Source: Promethearchaeota archaeon
Lineage (GTDB): Archaea > Asgardarchaeota > Lokiarchaeia > Sigyniarchaeales > SOKP01
Direction: 5' to 3'
Assembly (NCBI GenBank): GCA_048941015.1
Contig: JBHLNZ010000041.1
Span: forward strand, 1 to 29,110
DNA length: 29,110 nucleotides
The notes beneath the pieces were generated by a model that saw only the letters and a program-made list of their open reading frames with translations, did no database searches and was not told the origin of the DNA. The translations under genes and the position numbers were made by a program. Every line of letters starts with the position of its first letter. The stretch's first letter is position 1. Shown here one piece after another: positions 27,508 to 29,110 of the stretch.

Positions 27508-28449
27508 ATGAAAATCGAAAAATCTAGTCAAGATCTTGAAAATGAAGTAATTTATGCTGGTTTATGCATACACTGCGGAAGTTGTAATGCGTTCTGCCCT
27601 CATATGGATTTTAATCAGGACACGGGAGAAGCTTATGTTGTTGATGAATGTGCTGAGACAATTGGATTATGTTATAACGCTTGTCCGAGGAGTTTTCTTC
27701 CTATTTCCGATATTGAGGAAAAATTATTTGGACAAACTCGTGTTGATTTAGGTGTAGGTGTTTATAAAGATATCATTCAAGTTAAGTCAAAAAATAAAGA
27801 TGATATTTTATATAATTTAGTTTTAGCGGCTTTTGAGTCAGGAGTTGTTATGCATTTTGTTTTAAGCGAACCTAAGAGTAAAAAACCACCGGTTGCATTT
27901 CCAGTTGTAGTAGATAATGCCAAGGATGCAAAGAAGTATATCCCTAAAGCAACTATGGATAATGCTGGGCCTCTAATAACAGGCATTGGAAAAGCATATC
28001 TGGATAAAAAGAGAGATATTGGAATAATAGCTAATCCTTGTCATCTGCAAGGACTCGGGAAAATACTTGCTAGTGATTTCAATACCGGAGCAGAAAGAAC
28101 TATTTTAAAAATTGCCTATGCGTGTTCATCTGGTGGAATGTCAGGATGTAAATATTGTATTGATTTCTCAGGAGAATTTTCTGATATCTCATATAGTCCT
28201 TGGGGCGCTCCTAAAGGTTCAGGTGAAGCATTTTTAATAATACGAACAGACGTTGGTCAAAAGGTTGTTGATACTGCAGTAAAGAAAAAATTAATTGAAA
28301 TTACTAGTAATGAACCAGATCTTAGTGAAATGAAAAAATTTCTTGATAAAAAACGAAAAAAGAACTTTCGAAATCTCATAGGAAGGGATTTGATAACAGC
28401 CAGATATTTAAAACTAAATATAGACGAATTTAAAGATTTATTAGAATAA
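27508..28449 (+). CDS. FrhB/FpoF-family Fe-S protein with N-terminal ferredoxin domain, degenerate
   Basis: LENEVIYAGLCIHCGSCNAFCP, C...GLCYNACPR, GVYKDI, IIANPCH, ACS, GCKYCIDFSGEFSDIS, LIIRTDVG; ATG 27508 (GTG 27496 alternative). Confidence 0.82.
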   Translation: MKIEKSSQDLENEVIYAGLCIHCGSCNAFCPHMDFNQDTGEAYVVDECAETIGLCYNACPRSFLPISDIEEKLFGQTRVDLGVGVYKDIIQVKSKNKDDILYNLVLAAFESGVVMHFVLSEPKSKKPPVAFPVVVDNAKDAKKYIPKATMDNAGPLITGIGKAYLDKKRDIGIIANPCHLQGLGKILASDFNTGAERTILKIAYACSSGGMSGCKYCIDFSGEFSDISYSPWGAPKGSGEAFLIIRTDVGQKVVDTAVKKKLIEITSNEPDLSEMKKFLDKKRKKNFRNLIGRDLITARYLKLNIDEFKDLLE

Positions 28450-28513
28450 ATTCATGGAAATTTTATACTCTATTTCTTTTTTTTATCTCAATTTTTAATA
28501 ATAAGAGATATTT

Positions 28514-29053
28514 TTAGAGATTTTTCTTGCTGAGGATTTCTCGTGTAATTGTTTCGAATATAAGATTATTATTCAAACCAGTTTTAGAACTAGTCTCAAA
28601 GAATTTTATTATGTTGAATTCTTTTTGAAAATCTTCTGCTTCCTCCATTTTCACTACTCGTTTCGTTTCTGCTAGATCTACTTTTCCTCCTACGAGAACA
28701 AAAATAGCATTTGATGCATTTTTTTTTACAACATTATACCATTCAGGCAAATTTTGAAAACTGGGATATCTAGTAACATCATAACAGAGTAGGCATCCTT
28801 GAGCGCCACGTGAATAGTTTGGTAAGAAATATCGAAATCTTTTTTCTCCAGCAAAATCCCATATTTGTAAACGAACATCAACGCCATCAATATTTAATCT
28901 GCATGTCGCAAGATCCGTACCAATTGTAATTTTCATTGGTATAAATTGACCTGTAATTAATCTCTGTATCATAGTGCTTTTTCCAACACCACCATCTCCG
29001 ACTACAACTATTTTAAACGAATATTTACGTGCCTGAAGAGTTTCTTGATTCAT
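28514..29053 (-). CDS. Rab-like small GTPase (Ras superfamily)
   Basis: FKIVVVGDGGVGKS, TIGTD, LQIWDFAGE, YSRGAQG.LL.YDVT, GGKVD, ETSSK; no C-terminal Cys prenylation motif. Confidence 0.92.
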   Translation of the reverse strand: MNQETLQARKYSFKIVVVGDGGVGKSTMIQRLITGQFIPMKITIGTDLATCRLNIDGVDVRLQIWDFAGEKRFRYFLPNYSRGAQGCLLCYDVTRYPSFQNLPEWYNVVKKNASNAIFVLVGGKVDLAETKRVVKMEEAEDFQKEFNIIKFFETSSKTGLNNNLIFETITREILSKKNL

Positions 29054-29110
29054 AATTCAACTTTATTTTTAACAATTTAATAATTATATAGATTTTATTT
29101 TAATAAATCT

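Noticed and set aside
692-27986. Short alternative-frame or antisense ORFs in the track (692, 5183, 5822, 6497, 7366, 8981, 9699, 11349, 12361, 14748, 19095, 24501, 24863, 25975, 27554, 27777)
   Set aside because: All overlap well-supported genes wholly or largely and have no recognisable motifs; typical shadow ORFs
1-29110. CRISPR array, tRNA/rRNA, transposase, integrase or provirus
   Set aside because: No regularly spaced repeats, no GC-rich structured RNA islands, and no mobile-element proteins among the ORFs

Overview
AT-rich archaeal chromosomal window that looks like an Asgard archaeon (most likely Lokiarchaeia). This is inferred from the co-occurrence of a RagA/Gtr1-like GTPase-roadblock fusion, a standalone roadblock protein, a Rab-like GTPase without a prenylation tail, a eukaryote-like presenilin and H4MPT/methanofuran C1 enzymes (ftr, mtd, mch). 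I see no mobile element, CRISPR array, rRNA or tRNA. Gene order: glyS, two large N-glycosylation-rich membrane-anchored surface proteins, ftr/mtd (divergent), Rag-like GTPase, apt, gcvT-H-PA-PB, two divergent MTAP paralogues, beta-CASP nuclease, RecJ/Cdc45-like DHH nuclease, mch, two orphans, GT4 glycosyltransferase, presenilin, 3-hydroxyacyl-CoA dehydrogenase, roadblock, wHTH protein, acidic orphan, FrhB/FpoF-like Fe-S protein, Rab-like GTPase. Best leads: (1) glycine cleavage genes lying between H4MPT C1 genes, near glyS and a Rag-like GTPase; (2) an MTAP with a CxxC-x8-CxxC zinc ribbon inserted in its active-site loop, divergent from a eukaryote-like MTAP across a perfect 30-bp palindrome; (3) a small acidic orphan ending in an HbYX (LYL) proteasome-gating motif; (4) an FrhB-family protein that keeps its Fe-S ligands but appears to have lost the FAD/F420 elements. 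All assignments come from motif recognition by eye; no database searches were run.
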